A stretch of DNA of 64,000 nt from the human T2T-CHM13v2.0 reference genome, Homo sapiens, in the NCBI RefSeq assembly GCF_009914755.1, contig NC_060929.1. One strand, written 5' to 3'. The position numbers and the translations under genes were made by a program. This document shows positions 10,901-23,300 of the stretch, one piece after another. How positions within the stretch are numbered: the first letter of the stretch is position 1; each line of letters opens with the position of its first letter. The notes below the pieces were generated by a model. That model ran no database searches. It was not told the origin of the DNA and was given only the letters and a program-made list of their open reading frames with translations.

Positions 10901-13900
10901 CAAAGGCAGAAAAGGAAATATCTTCGTATAAAAACTAGACAGAATCATTCTCAGAAACTGCTCTGTGATGTGTGCGTTCAACTCTCAGAGTTTAACTTTT
11001 CTTTTCATTCAGCAGTTTGGAAACACTCTGTTTGTAAAGTCTGCACGTGGATAATTTGACCACTTAGAGGCCTTCGTTGGAAACGGGTTTTTTTCATGTA
11101 AGGCTAGACAGAAGAATTCTCAGTAACTTCCTTGTGTTGTGTGTATTCAACTCACAGAGTTGAACGATCCTTTACACAGAGCAGACTTGTAACACTCTTT
11201 TTGTGGAATTTGCAAGTGGAGATTTCAGCCGCTTTGAAGTCAAAGGTAGAAAAGGAAATATCTTCCTATAAAAACTAGACAGAATGATTCTCAGAAACTC
11301 CTTTGTGATATGTGCGTTCAACTCACAGAGTTTAACCTTTCTTTTCATAGAGCAGTTAGGAATCACTCTGTTTGTAAAGTCTGCAAGTGGATATTCAGAC
11401 CTCTTTGAGGCCTTCGTTGGAAACGGGTTTTTTTCATATAAGGCTAGACAGCAGAATTCCCAGTAACTTCCTTGTGTTGTGTGTGTTCAACTCACAGAGT
11501 TGAACTTTGATTTACACAGAGCAGATTTGAAACACTCTTTTTGTGGAATTTGCAAGTGGAGATTTCAAGCGCTTTGAGGCCAAAGGCAGAAAAGGAAATA
11601 TCTTCGTATAAAAACTAGACAGAATCATTCTCAGAAACTGCTCTGCGATGTGTGCGTTCAACTCTCAGAGTTTAACTTTTCTTTTCATTCAGCAGTTTGG
11701 AAACACTCTGTTTGTAAAGTCTGCACGTGGATATTTTGACCACTTAGAGGCCTTCGTTGGAAACGGGTTTTTTTCCTGTAAGGCTAGACAGAAGAATTCC
11801 CAGTAACTTCCTTGTGTTGTGTACATTCAACTCACAGAGTTGAACGTTCCCTTAGACAGAGCAGATTTGAAACACTCTTTTTGTGCAATTGGCAAGTGGA
11901 GATTTCAAGCGCTTTAAGGTCAATGGCAGAAAAGGAAATATCTTCGTTTCAAAACTAGAGAGAATCATTCCCAAAAACTGCGTCGTGATGTGTTCGTTCA
12001 TCTCACAGAGTTTAACCTTTCTTTTCATAGAGCAGTTAGGAAACAGTCTGTTTGTAAATTCTGTAAGTGGATATTCTGACATCTTGTGGCCTTCGTTGGA
12101 AACGGGATTTCTTCATATTCTGCTAGACAGAAGAATTCTCAGAATCTTCCTTGTGTTGTGTGTATTCAACTCACAGAGTTGAACGATGGTTTACACAGAG
12201 CAGATTTGAAACACTCTTTTTGTGGAATTTGCAAGTGGAGATTTCAGCCGCTTTGAGGTCAATGGTAGAAAAGGAAATATCTTCGTATAAAAACTAGACA
12301 GAATGATTCTCAGAAACTTCTTTGTGATGTGTGCGTTCAACTCACAGAGTTTAACCTTTCTTTTCATAGAGCAGTTAGGAAACACTCTGTTTGTAAACTC
12401 TGCAAGTGGATATTCAGACCTCTTTGAGGCCTTCGTTGGAAACGGGATTTCTTCATACTGTGCTAGACAGAAGAATTCTCAGTAACTTCCTTGTGTTGTG
12501 TGTATTCAACTCACACAGTTGAACGATCCTTTACACAGAGCAGACTTGTAACACTCTTTTTGTGGAATTTGCAAGTGGAGATTTCAGCCGCTTTGAAGTC
12601 AAAGGTAGAAAAGGGAATATCTTCCTATAAAAACTAGACAGAATGATTCTCAGAAACTCCTTTGTGATGTGTGAGTTCAACTCACAGAGTTTAACCTTTC
12701 TTTTCATAGAGCAGTTAGGAAACACTCTGTTTCTAAAGTCTGCAAGTGGATATTCAGACCTCTTTGAGGCCTTCGTTGGAAACGGGTTTTTTTCATATAA
12801 GGCTAGAGAGAAGAATTCCCAGTAACTTCCTTGTGTTGTGTGTGTTCAACTCACAGAGTTGAACTTTCATTTACACAGAGCAGATTTGAAACACTCTTTT
12901 TGTGGAATTTGCAAGTGGAGATTTCAAGCGCTGTGAGGCCAAAGGCAGAAAAGGAAATATCTTCGTATAAAAACTAGACAGAATCATTCTCAGAAACTGC
13001 TCTGCGATGTGTGCGTTCAACTCTCAGAGTTTAACTTTTCTTTTCATTCAGCAGTTTGGAAACACTCTGTTTGTAAAGTCTGCACGTGGATAATTTGACC
13101 ACTTAGAGGCCTTCGTTGGAAACGGGTTTTTTTCATGTAAGGCTAGACAGAAGAATTCTCAGTAACTTCCTTGTGTTGTGTGTATTCAACTCACACAGTT
13201 GAACGATCCTTTACACAGAGCAGACTTGTAACACTCTTTTTGTGGAATTTGCAAGTGGAGATTTCAGCCGCTTTGAAGTCAAAGGTAGAAAAGGAAATAT
13301 CTTCCTATTAAAACTAGACAGATAGATTCTCAGAAACTCCTTTGTGATGTGTGCGTTCAACTCACAGAGTTTAACCTTTCTTTTCATAGAGCAGTTAGGA
13401 AACACTCTGTTTGTAAAGTCTGCAAGTGGATATTCAGACCTCTTTGAGGCCTTCGTTGGAAACGGGTTTCTTTCATATAAGGCTAGACAGAAGAATTCCC
13501 AGTAACTTCCTTGTGTTGTGTGTGTTCAACTCACAGAGTTGAACTTTCATTTACACAGAGCAGATTTGAAACACTCTTTTTGTGGAATTTGCAAGTGGAG
13601 ATTTCAAGCGCTTTGAGGCCAAAGGCAGAAAAGGAAATATCTTCGTATAAAAACTAGACAGAATCATTCTCAGAAACTGCTCTGTGATGTGTGCGTTCAA
13701 CTCTCAGAGTTTAACTTTTCTTTTCATTCAGCAGTTTGGAAACACTCTGTTTGTAAAGTCTGCACGTGGATAATTTGACCACTTAGAGGCCTTCGTTGGA
13801 AACGGGTTTTTTTCATGTAAGGCTAGACAGAAGAGTTCTCAGTAACTTCCTTGTGTTGTGTGTATTCAACTCACACAGTTGAACGATCCTTTACACAGAG

Positions 13901-14235
13901 CAGACTTGTAACACTCTTTTTGTGGAATTTGCAAGTGGAGATTTCAGCCGCTTTGAAGTCAAAGTAGAAAAGGAAATATCTTCCTATAAAAACTAGACAG
14001 AATGATTCTCAGAAACTCCTTTGTGATGTGTGCGTTCAACTCACAGAGTTTAACCTTTCTTTTCATAGAGCAGTTAGGAAACACTCTGTTTGTAAAGTCT
14101 GCAAGTGGATATTCAGACCTCTTTGAGGCCTTCGTTGGAAACGGGTTTTTTTCATATAAGGCTAGACAGAAGAATTCCCAGTAACTTCCTTGTGTTGTGT
14201 GTGTTCAACTCACAGAGTTGAACTTTCATTTACAC

Positions 14236-17200
14236 AGAGCAGATTTGAAACACTCTTTTTGTGGAATTTGCAGGTGGAGATTTCAAGCGCTTTGAGGCCA
14301 AAGGCAGAAAAGGAAATATCTTCGTATAAAAACTAGACAGAATCATTCTCAGAAACTGCTCTGCGATGTGTGCGTTCAACTCTCAGAGTTTAACTTTTCT
14401 TTTCATTCAGCAGTTTGGAAACACTCTGTTTGTAAAGTCTGCACGTGGATAATTTGACCACTTAGAGGCCTTCGTTGGAAACGGGTTTTTTTCATGTAAG
14501 GCTAGACAGAAGAATTCTCAGTAACTTCCTTGTGTTGTGTGTATTCAACTCACAGAGTTGAACGATCCTTTACACAGAGCAGACTTGTAACACTCTTTTT
14601 CTGGAATTTGCAAGTGGAGATTTCAGCCGCTTTGAAGTCAAAGGTAGAAAAGGAAATATCTTCCTATAAAAACTAGACAGAATGATTCTCAGAAACTCCT
14701 TTGTGATGTGTGCGTTCAACTCACAGAGTTTAACCTTTCTTTTCATAGAGCAGTTAGGAAACACTCTGCTTGTAAAGTCTGCAAGTGGATATTCAGACCT
14801 CTTTGAGGCCTTCGTTGGAAACGGGATTTCTTCATACTGTGCTAGACAGAAGAATTCTCAGTAACTTCCTTGTGTTGTGTGTATTCAACTCACAGAGTTG
14901 AACGATCCTTTACACAGAGCAGACTTGGAACACTCTTTTTGTGGAATTTGCAAGTGGAGATTTCAGCCGCGTTGAGGTCAATGGTAGAAAAGGAAATATC
15001 TTCGTATAAAAACTAGACAGAATGATTCTCAGAAACTCCTTTGAGATGTGTGTGTTCAACTCACAGAGTTTAACCTTTCTTTTCATAGAGCAGTTAGGAA
15101 TCACTCTGTTTGTAAAGTCTGCAAGTGGATATTCAGACCTCTTTGAGGCCTTCGCTGGAAACGGGTTTTTTTCATATAAGGCTAGACAGAAGAATTCCCA
15201 GTAACTTCCTTGTGTTGTGTGTGTTCAACTCACAGAGTTGAACTTTGATTTACACAGAGCAGATTTGAAACACTCTTTTTGTGGAATTTGCAAGTGGAGA
15301 TTTCAAGCGCTTTGAGGCCAAAGGCAGAAAAGGAAATATCTTCGTATAAAAACTAGACAGAATCATTCTCAGAAACTGCTCTGCGATGTGTGCGTTCAAC
15401 TCTCAGAGTTTAACTTTTCTTTTCATTCAGCAGTTTGGAAACACTCTGTTTGTAAAGTCTGCACGTGGATATTTTGACCACTTAGAGGCCTTCGTTGGAA
15501 ACGGGTTTTTTTCCTGTAAGGCTAGACAGAAGAATTCCCAGTAACTTCCTTGTGTTGTGTACATTCAACTCACAGAGTTGAACGTTCCCTTAGACAGAGC
15601 AGATTTGAAACACTCTTTTTGTGCAATTGGCAAGTGGGGATTTCAAGCGCGTTGAGGTCAATGGCCGAAAAGGAAATATCTTCGTTTCAAAACTAGACAG
15701 AATCATTCCCACAAACTGCGTTGTGATGTGTTCGTTCAACTCACAGAGTTTAACCTTTCTTTTCATAGAGCAGTTAGGAAACAGTCTGTTTGAAAATTCT
15801 GTAAGTGGATATTCTGACATCTTGTGGCCTTCGTTGGAAACGGGATTTCTTCATATTCTGCTAGACAGAAGAATTCTCAGAATCTTCCTTGTGTTGTGTG
15901 TATTCAACTCACAGAGTTGAACGATGGTTTACACAGAGCAGATTTGAAACACTCATTTGGTGGAATTTGCAAGTGGAGATTTCAGCCGCTTTGAGGTCAA
16001 TGGTAGAAAAGGAAATATCTTCGTATAACAACTAGACAGAATGATTCTCAGAAACTTCTTTGTGATGTGTGTGTTCAACTCACACAGTTTAACCTTTCTT
16101 TTCATAGAGTAGTTAGGAAACACTGTGTTTTCAAACTCTGCAAGTGGATATTCAGACCTCTTTGAGGCCTTCGTTGGAAACGGGTTTCTTCATACTGTGC
16201 TAGACAGAAGAATTCTCAGTAACTTCCTTGTGTTGTGTGTATTCAACTCACAGAGTTGAACGATCCTTTACACAGAGCAGACTTGAAACACTCTTTTTGT
16301 GGAATTTGCAAGTGGAGATTTCAGCCGCGTTGAGGTCAATGGTAGAAAAGGAAATATCTTCGTATAAAAACTAGACAGAATGATTCTCAGAAACTCCTTT
16401 GTGATGTGTGTGTTCAACTCACAGAGTTTAACATTTCTTTTCATAGAGCAGTTAGGAAACACTCTGTTTGTAAAGTCTGCAAGTGGATATTCAGACCTCT
16501 TTGAGGCCTTCGTTGGAAACGGGTTTTTTTCATATAAGGCTAGACAGAAGAATTCCCAGTAACTTCCTTGTGTTGTGTGTGTTCAAATCACAGAGTTGAA
16601 CTTTCATTTACACAGAGCAGATTTGAAACACTCTTTTTGTGGAATTTGCAAATGGAGATTTCAAGCGCTTTGAGGCCAAAGGCAGAAAAGGAAATATCTT
16701 CGTATAAAAACTAGACAGAATCATTCTCAGAAACTGCTCTGCGATGTGTGCGTTCAACTCTCAGAGTTTAACTTTTCTTTTCATTCAGCAGTTTGGAAAC
16801 ACTCTGTTTGTAAAGTCTGCACGTGGATAATTTGACCACTTAGAGGCCTTCGTTGGAAACGGGTTTTTTTCATGTAAGGCTAGACAGAAGAATTCTCAGT
16901 AACTTCCTTGTGTTGTGTGTATTCAACTCACAGAGTTGAACGATCCTTTACACAGAGCAGACTTGTAACACTCTTTTTGTGGAATTTGCAAGTGGAGATT
17001 TCAGCCGCTTTGAAGTCAAAGGTAAAAAAGGAAATATCTTCCTATAAAAACTAGACAGAATGATTCTCAGAAACTCCTTTGTGATGTGTACGTTCAACTC
17101 ACAGAGTTTAACCTTTCTTTTCATAGAGCAGTTAGGAAACACTCTGTTTGTAAAGTCTGCAAGTGGATATTGAGACCTCTTTGAGGCCTTCGTTGGAAAC

Positions 17201-20200
17201 GGGTTTTTTTCATATAAGGCTAGACAGAAGGATTCCCAGTAACTTCCTTGTGTTGTGTGTGTTCAACTCACAGAGTTGAACTTTCATTTACAAAGAGCAG
17301 ATTTGAAACACTCTTTTTGTGGAATTTGCAGGTGGAGATTTCAAGCGCTTTGAGGCCAAAGGCAGAAAAGGAAATATCTTCGTATAAAAACTAGACAGAA
17401 TCATTCTCAGAAACTGCTCTGCGATGTGTGCGTTCAACTCTCAGAGTTTAACTTTTCTTTTCATTCAGCAGTTTGGAAACACTCTGTTTGTAAAGTCTGC
17501 ACGTGGATAATTTGACCACTTAGAGGCCTTCGTTGGAAACGGGTTTTTTTCATGTAAGGCTAGACAGAAGAATTCTCAGTAACTTCCTTGTGTTGTGTGT
17601 ATTCAACTCACAGAGTTGAACGATCCTTTACACAGAGCAGACTTGTAACACTCTTTTTCTGGAATTTGCAAGTGGAGATTTCAGCCGCTTTGAAGTCAAA
17701 GGTAGAAAAGGAAATATCTTCCTATAAAAACTAGACAGAATGATTCTCAGAAACTCCTTTGTGATGTGTGCGTTCAACTCACAGAGTTTAACCTTTCTTT
17801 TCATAGAGCAGTTAGGAAACACTCTGCTTGTAAAGTCTGCAAGTGGATATTCAGACCTCTTTGAGGCCTTCGTTGGAAACGGGATTTCTTCATACTGTGC
17901 TAGACAGAAGAATTCTCAGTAACTTCCTTGTGTTGTGTGTATTCAACTCACAGAGTTGAACGATCCTTTACACAGAGCAGACTTGGAACACTCTTTTTGT
18001 GGAATTTGCAAGTGGAGATTTCAGCCGCGTTGAGGTCAATGGTAGAAAAGGAAATATCTTCGTATAAAAACTAGACAGAATGATTCTCAGAAACTCCTTT
18101 GAGATGTGTGTGTTCAACTCACAGAGTTTAACCTTTCTTTTCATAGAGCAGTTAGGAATCACTCTGTTTGTAAAGTCTGCAAGTGGATATTCAGACCTCT
18201 TTGAGGCCTTCGCTGGAAACGGGTTTTTTTCATATAAGGCTAGACAGAAGAATTCCCAGTAACTTCCTTGTGTTGTGTGTGTTCAACTCACAGAGTTGAA
18301 CTTTGATTTACACAGAGCAGATTTGAAACACTCTTTTTGTGGAATTTGCAAGTGGAGATTTCAAGCGCTTTGAGGCCAAAGGCAGAAAAGGAAATATCTT
18401 CGTATAAAAACTAGACAGAATCATTCTCAGAAACTGCTCTGCGATGTGTGCGTTCAACTCTCAGAGTTTAACTTTTCTTTTCATTCAGCAGTTTGGAAAC
18501 ACTCTGTTTGTAAAGTCTGCACGTGGATATTTTGACCACTTAGAGGCCTTCGTTGGAAACGGGTTTTTTTCCTGTAAGGCTAGACAGAAGAATTCCCAGT
18601 AACTTCCTTGTGTTGTGTACATTCAACTCACAGAGTTGAACGTTCCCTTAGACAGAGCAGATTTGAAACACTCTTTTTGTGCAATTGGCAAGTGGGGATT
18701 TCAAGCGCGTTGAGGTCAATGGCCGAAAAGGAAATATCTTCGTTTCAAAACTAGACAGAATCATTCCCACAAACTGCGTTGTGATGTGTTCGTTCAACTC
18801 ACAGAGTTTAACCTTTCTTTTCATAGAGCAGTTAGGAAACAGTCTGTTTGAAAATTCTGTAAGTGGATATTCTGACATCTTGTGGCCTTCGTTGGAAACG
18901 GGATTTCTTCATATTCTGCTAGACAGAAGAATTCTCAGAATCTTCCTTGTGTTGTGTGTATTCAACTCACAGAGTTGAACGATGGTTTACACAGAGCAGA
19001 TTTGAAACACTCATTTGGTGGAATTTGCAAGTGGAGATTTCAGCCGCTTTGAGGTCAATGGTAGAAAAGGAAATATCTTCGTATAACAACTAGACAGAAT
19101 GATTCTCAGAAACTTCTTTGTGATGTGTGTGTTCAACTCACAGAGTTTAACCTTTCTTTTCATAGAGTAGTTAGGAAACACTGTGTTTTCAAACTCTGCA
19201 AGTGGATATTCAGACCTCTTTGAGGCCTTCGTTGGAAACGGGTTTCTTCATACTGTGCTAGACAGAAGAATTCTCAGTAACTTCCTTGTGTTGTGTGTAT
19301 TCAACTCACAGAGTTGAACGATCCTTTACACAGAGCAGACTTGAAACACTCTTTTTGTGGAATTTGCAAGTGGAGATTTCAGCCGCGTTGAGGTCAATGG
19401 TAGAAAAGGAAATATCTTCGTATAAAAACTAGACAGAATGATTCTCAGAAACTCCTTTGTGATGTGTGTGTTCAACTCACAGAGTTTAACATTTCTTTTC
19501 ATAGAGCAGTTAGGAAACACTCTGTTTGTAAAGTCTGCAAGTGGATATTCAGACCTCTTTGAGGCCTTCGTTGGAAACGGGTTTTTTTCATATAAGGCTA
19601 GACAGAAGAATTCCCAGTAACTTCCTTGTGTTGTGTGTGTTCAAATCACAGAGTTGAACTTTCATTTACACAGAGCAGATTTGAAACACTCTTTTTGTGG
19701 AATTTGCAAATGGAGATTTCAAGCGCTTTGAGGCCAAAGGCAGAAAAGGAAATATCTTCGTATAAAAACTAGACAGAATCATTCTCAGAAACTGCTCTGC
19801 GATGTGTGCGTTCAACTCTCAGAGTTTAACTTTTCTTTTCATTCAGCAGTTTGGAAACACTCTGTTTGTAAAGTCTGCACGTGGATAATTTGACCACTTA
19901 GAGGCCTTCGTTGGAAACGGGTTTTTTTCATGTAAGGCTAGACAGAAGAATTCTCAGTAACTTCCTTGTGTTGTGTGTATTCAACTCACAGAGTTGAACG
20001 ATCCTTTACACAGAGCAGACTTGTAACACTCTTTTTGTGGAATTTGCAAGTGGAGATTTCAGCCGCTTTGAAGTCAAAGGTAAAAAAGGAAATATCTTCC
20101 TATAAAAACTAGACAGAATGATTCTCAGAAACTCCTTTGTGATGTGTACGTTCAACTCACAGAGTTTAACCTTTCTTTTCATAGAGCAGTTAGGAAACAC

Positions 20201-20388
20201 TCTGTTTGTAAAGTCTGCAAGTGGATATTGAGACCTCTTTGAGGCCTTCGTTGGAAACGGGTTTTTTTCATATAAGGCTAGACAGAAGGATTCCCAGTAA
20301 CTTCCTTGTGTTGTGTGTGTTCAACTCACAGAGTTGAACTTTCATTTACAAAGAGCAGATTTGAAACACTCTTTTTGTGGAATTTGCA
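14236..20388 (+). repeat. Near-perfect tandem duplication, unit 3058 bp (9 dimers / 18 monomers)
   Basis: Rare variants recur at exactly +3058: TTTCTGGAA (14601/17659), CTTCGCTGG box variant (15150/18208), GTGGGGA and ATGGCCG in C, GAGTAG, CAAATCA and GGTAAAAA. ORF pairs 14570/17628, 15621/18679 and 16948/20006 agree. Confidence 0.93.
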
Positions 20389-23300
20389 AGTGGAGATTTC
20401 AAGCGCTTTGAGGCCAAAGGCAGAAAAGGAAATATCTTCGTATAAAAACTAGACAGAATCATTCTCAGAAACTGCTCTGCGATGTGTGCGTTCAACTCTC
20501 AGAGTTTAACTTTTCTTTTCATTCAGCAGTTTGGAAACACTCTGTTTGTAAAGTCTGCACGTGGATAATTTGACCACTTAGAGGCCTTCGTTGGAAACGG
20601 GTTTTTTTCATGTAAGGCTAGACAGAAGAATTCTCAGTAACTTCCTTGTGTTGTGTGTATTCAACTCACAGAGTTGAACGATCCTTTACACAGAGCAGAC
20701 TTGTAACACTCTTTTTGTGGAATTTGCAAGTGGAGATTTCAGCCGCTTTGAAGTCAAATGTAGAAAAGGAAATATCTTCCTATAAAAACTAGACAGAATG
20801 ATTCTCAGAAACTCCTTTGTGATGTGTGCGTTCAACTCACAGAGTTTAACCTTTCTTTTCATAGAGCAGTTAGGAAACACTCTGGTTGTAAAGTCTGCAA
20901 GTGGATATTCAGCCCTCTTTGAGGCCTTCGTTGGAAACGGGTTTTTTTCATATAAGGCTAGACAGAAGAATTCCCAGTAACTTCCTTGTGTTGTGTGTGT
21001 TCAACTCACAGAGTTGAACTTTGATTTACACAGAGCAGATTTGAAACACTCTTTTTGTGGAATTTGCAAGTGGAGATTTCAGCCGCTTTGAGGTCAATGG
21101 TAGAAAAGGAAATATCTTCGTATAAAAACTAGACAGAATGATTCTCAGAAACTTCTTTGTGATGTGTGCGTTCAACTCACAGAGTTTAACCTTTCTTTTC
21201 ATAGAGCAGTTAGGAAACACTCTGTTTGTAAACTCTGCAAGTGGATATTCAGACCTCTTTGAGGCCTTCGTTGGAAACGGGATTTCTTCATACTGTGCTA
21301 GACAGAAGAATTCTCAGTAACTTCCTTGTGTTGTGTGTATTCAACTCACAGAGTTGACCGATCCTTTACACAGAGCAGACTTGTAACACTCTTTTTGTGG
21401 AATTTGCAAGTGGAGATTTCAGCCGCTTTGAAGTCAAAGGTAGAAAAGGGAATATCTTCCTATAAAAACTAGACAGAATGATTCTCAGAAACTCCTTTGT
21501 CATGTGTGCGTTCAACTCACAGAGTTTAACCTTTCTTTTCATAGAGCAGTTAGGAAACACTGTGTTTCTAAAGTCTGCAAGTGGATATTCAGACCTCTTT
21601 GAGGCCTTCTTTGGAAACGGGTTTTTTTCATATAAGGCTAGAGAGAAGAATTCCCAGTAACTTCCTTGTGTTGTGTGTGTTCAACTCACAGAGTTGAACT
21701 TTCATTTACACAGAGCAGATTTGAAACACTCTTTTTGTGGAATTTGCAAGTGGAGATTTCAAGCGCTGTGAGGCCAAAGGCAGAAAAGGAAATATCTTCG
21801 TATAAAAACTAGACAGAATCATTCTCAGAAACTGCTCTGCGATGTGTGCGTTCAACTCTCAGAGTTTAAATTTCTTTTCATTCAGCAGTTTGGAAACACT
21901 CTGTTTGTAAAGTCTGCACGTGGATAATTTGACCACTTAGAGGCCTTCGTTGGAAACGGGTTTTTTTCATGTAATGCTAGACAGAAGAATTCTCAGTAAC
22001 TTCCTTGTGTTGTGTGTATTCAACTCACAGAGTTGAACGATCCTTTACACAGAGCAGACTTGTAACACTCTTTTTGTGGAATTTGCAAGTGGAGATTTCA
22101 GCCGCTTTGAAGTCAAAGGTAGAAAAGGAAATATCTTCCTATAAAAACTAGACAGATAGATTCTCAGAAACTCCTTTGTGATGTGTGCGTTCAACTCACA
22201 GAGTTTAACCTTTCTTTTCATAGAGCAGTTAGGAAACACTCTGTTTCTAAAGTCTGCAAGTGGATATTCAGACCTCTTTGAGGCCTTCGTTGGAAACGGG
22301 TTTTTTTCATATAAGGCTAGACAGAAGAATTCCCAGTAACTTCCTTGTGCTGTGTGTGTTCAACTCACAGAGTTGAACTTTCATTTACACAGAGCAGATT
22401 TGAAACACTCTTTTTGTGGAATTTGCAAGTGGAGATTTCAAGCGCTTTGAGGCCAAAGGCAGAAAAGGAAATATCTTCGTATAAAAACTAGACAGAATCA
22501 TTCTCAGAGACTGCTCTGTGATGTGTGCGTTCAACTCTCAGAGTTTAACTTTTCTTTTCATTCAGCAGTTTGGAAACACTCTGTTTGTAAAGTCTGCACG
22601 TGGATAATTTGACCACTTAGAGACCTTCGTTGGAAACGGGTTTTTTTCATGTAAGGCTAGACAGAAGAGTTCTCAGTAACTTCCTTGTGTTGTGTGTATT
22701 CAACTCACACAGTTGAACGATCCTTTACAGAGAGCAGACTTGTAACACTCTTTTTGTGGAATTTGCAAGTGGAGATTTCAGCCGCTTTGAAGTCAAAGTA
22801 GAAAAGGAAATATCTTCCTATAGAAACTAGACAGAATGATTCTCAGAAACTCCTTTGTGATGTGTGCGTTCAACTCACAGAGTTTAACCTTTCTTTTCAT
22901 AGAGCAGTTAGGAAACACTCTGTTTGTAAAGTCTGCAAGTGGATATTCAGACCTCTTTGAGGCCTTCGTTGGAAACGGGTTTTTTTCATATAAGGCTAGA
23001 CAGAAGAATTCCCAGTAACTTCCTTGTGTTGTGTGTGTTCAACTCACAGAGTTGAACTTTCATTTACAAAGAGCAGATTTGAAACACTCTTTTTGTGGAA
23101 TTTGCAGGTGGAGATTTCAAGCGCTTTGAGGCCAAAGGCAGAAAAGGAAATATCTTCGTATAAAAACTAGACAGAATCATTCTCAGAAACTGCTCTGCGA
23201 TGTGTGCGTTCAACTCTCAGAGTTTAACTTTTCTTTTCATTCAGCAGTTTGGAAACACTCTGTTTGTAAAGTCTGCACGTGGATAATTTGACCACTTAGA

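Noticed and set aside
15150-18224. Variant CENP-B box CTTCGCTGGAAACGGGT at 15150 and 18208
   Set aside because: Non-essential position; useful only as a marker of the 3058-bp duplication.
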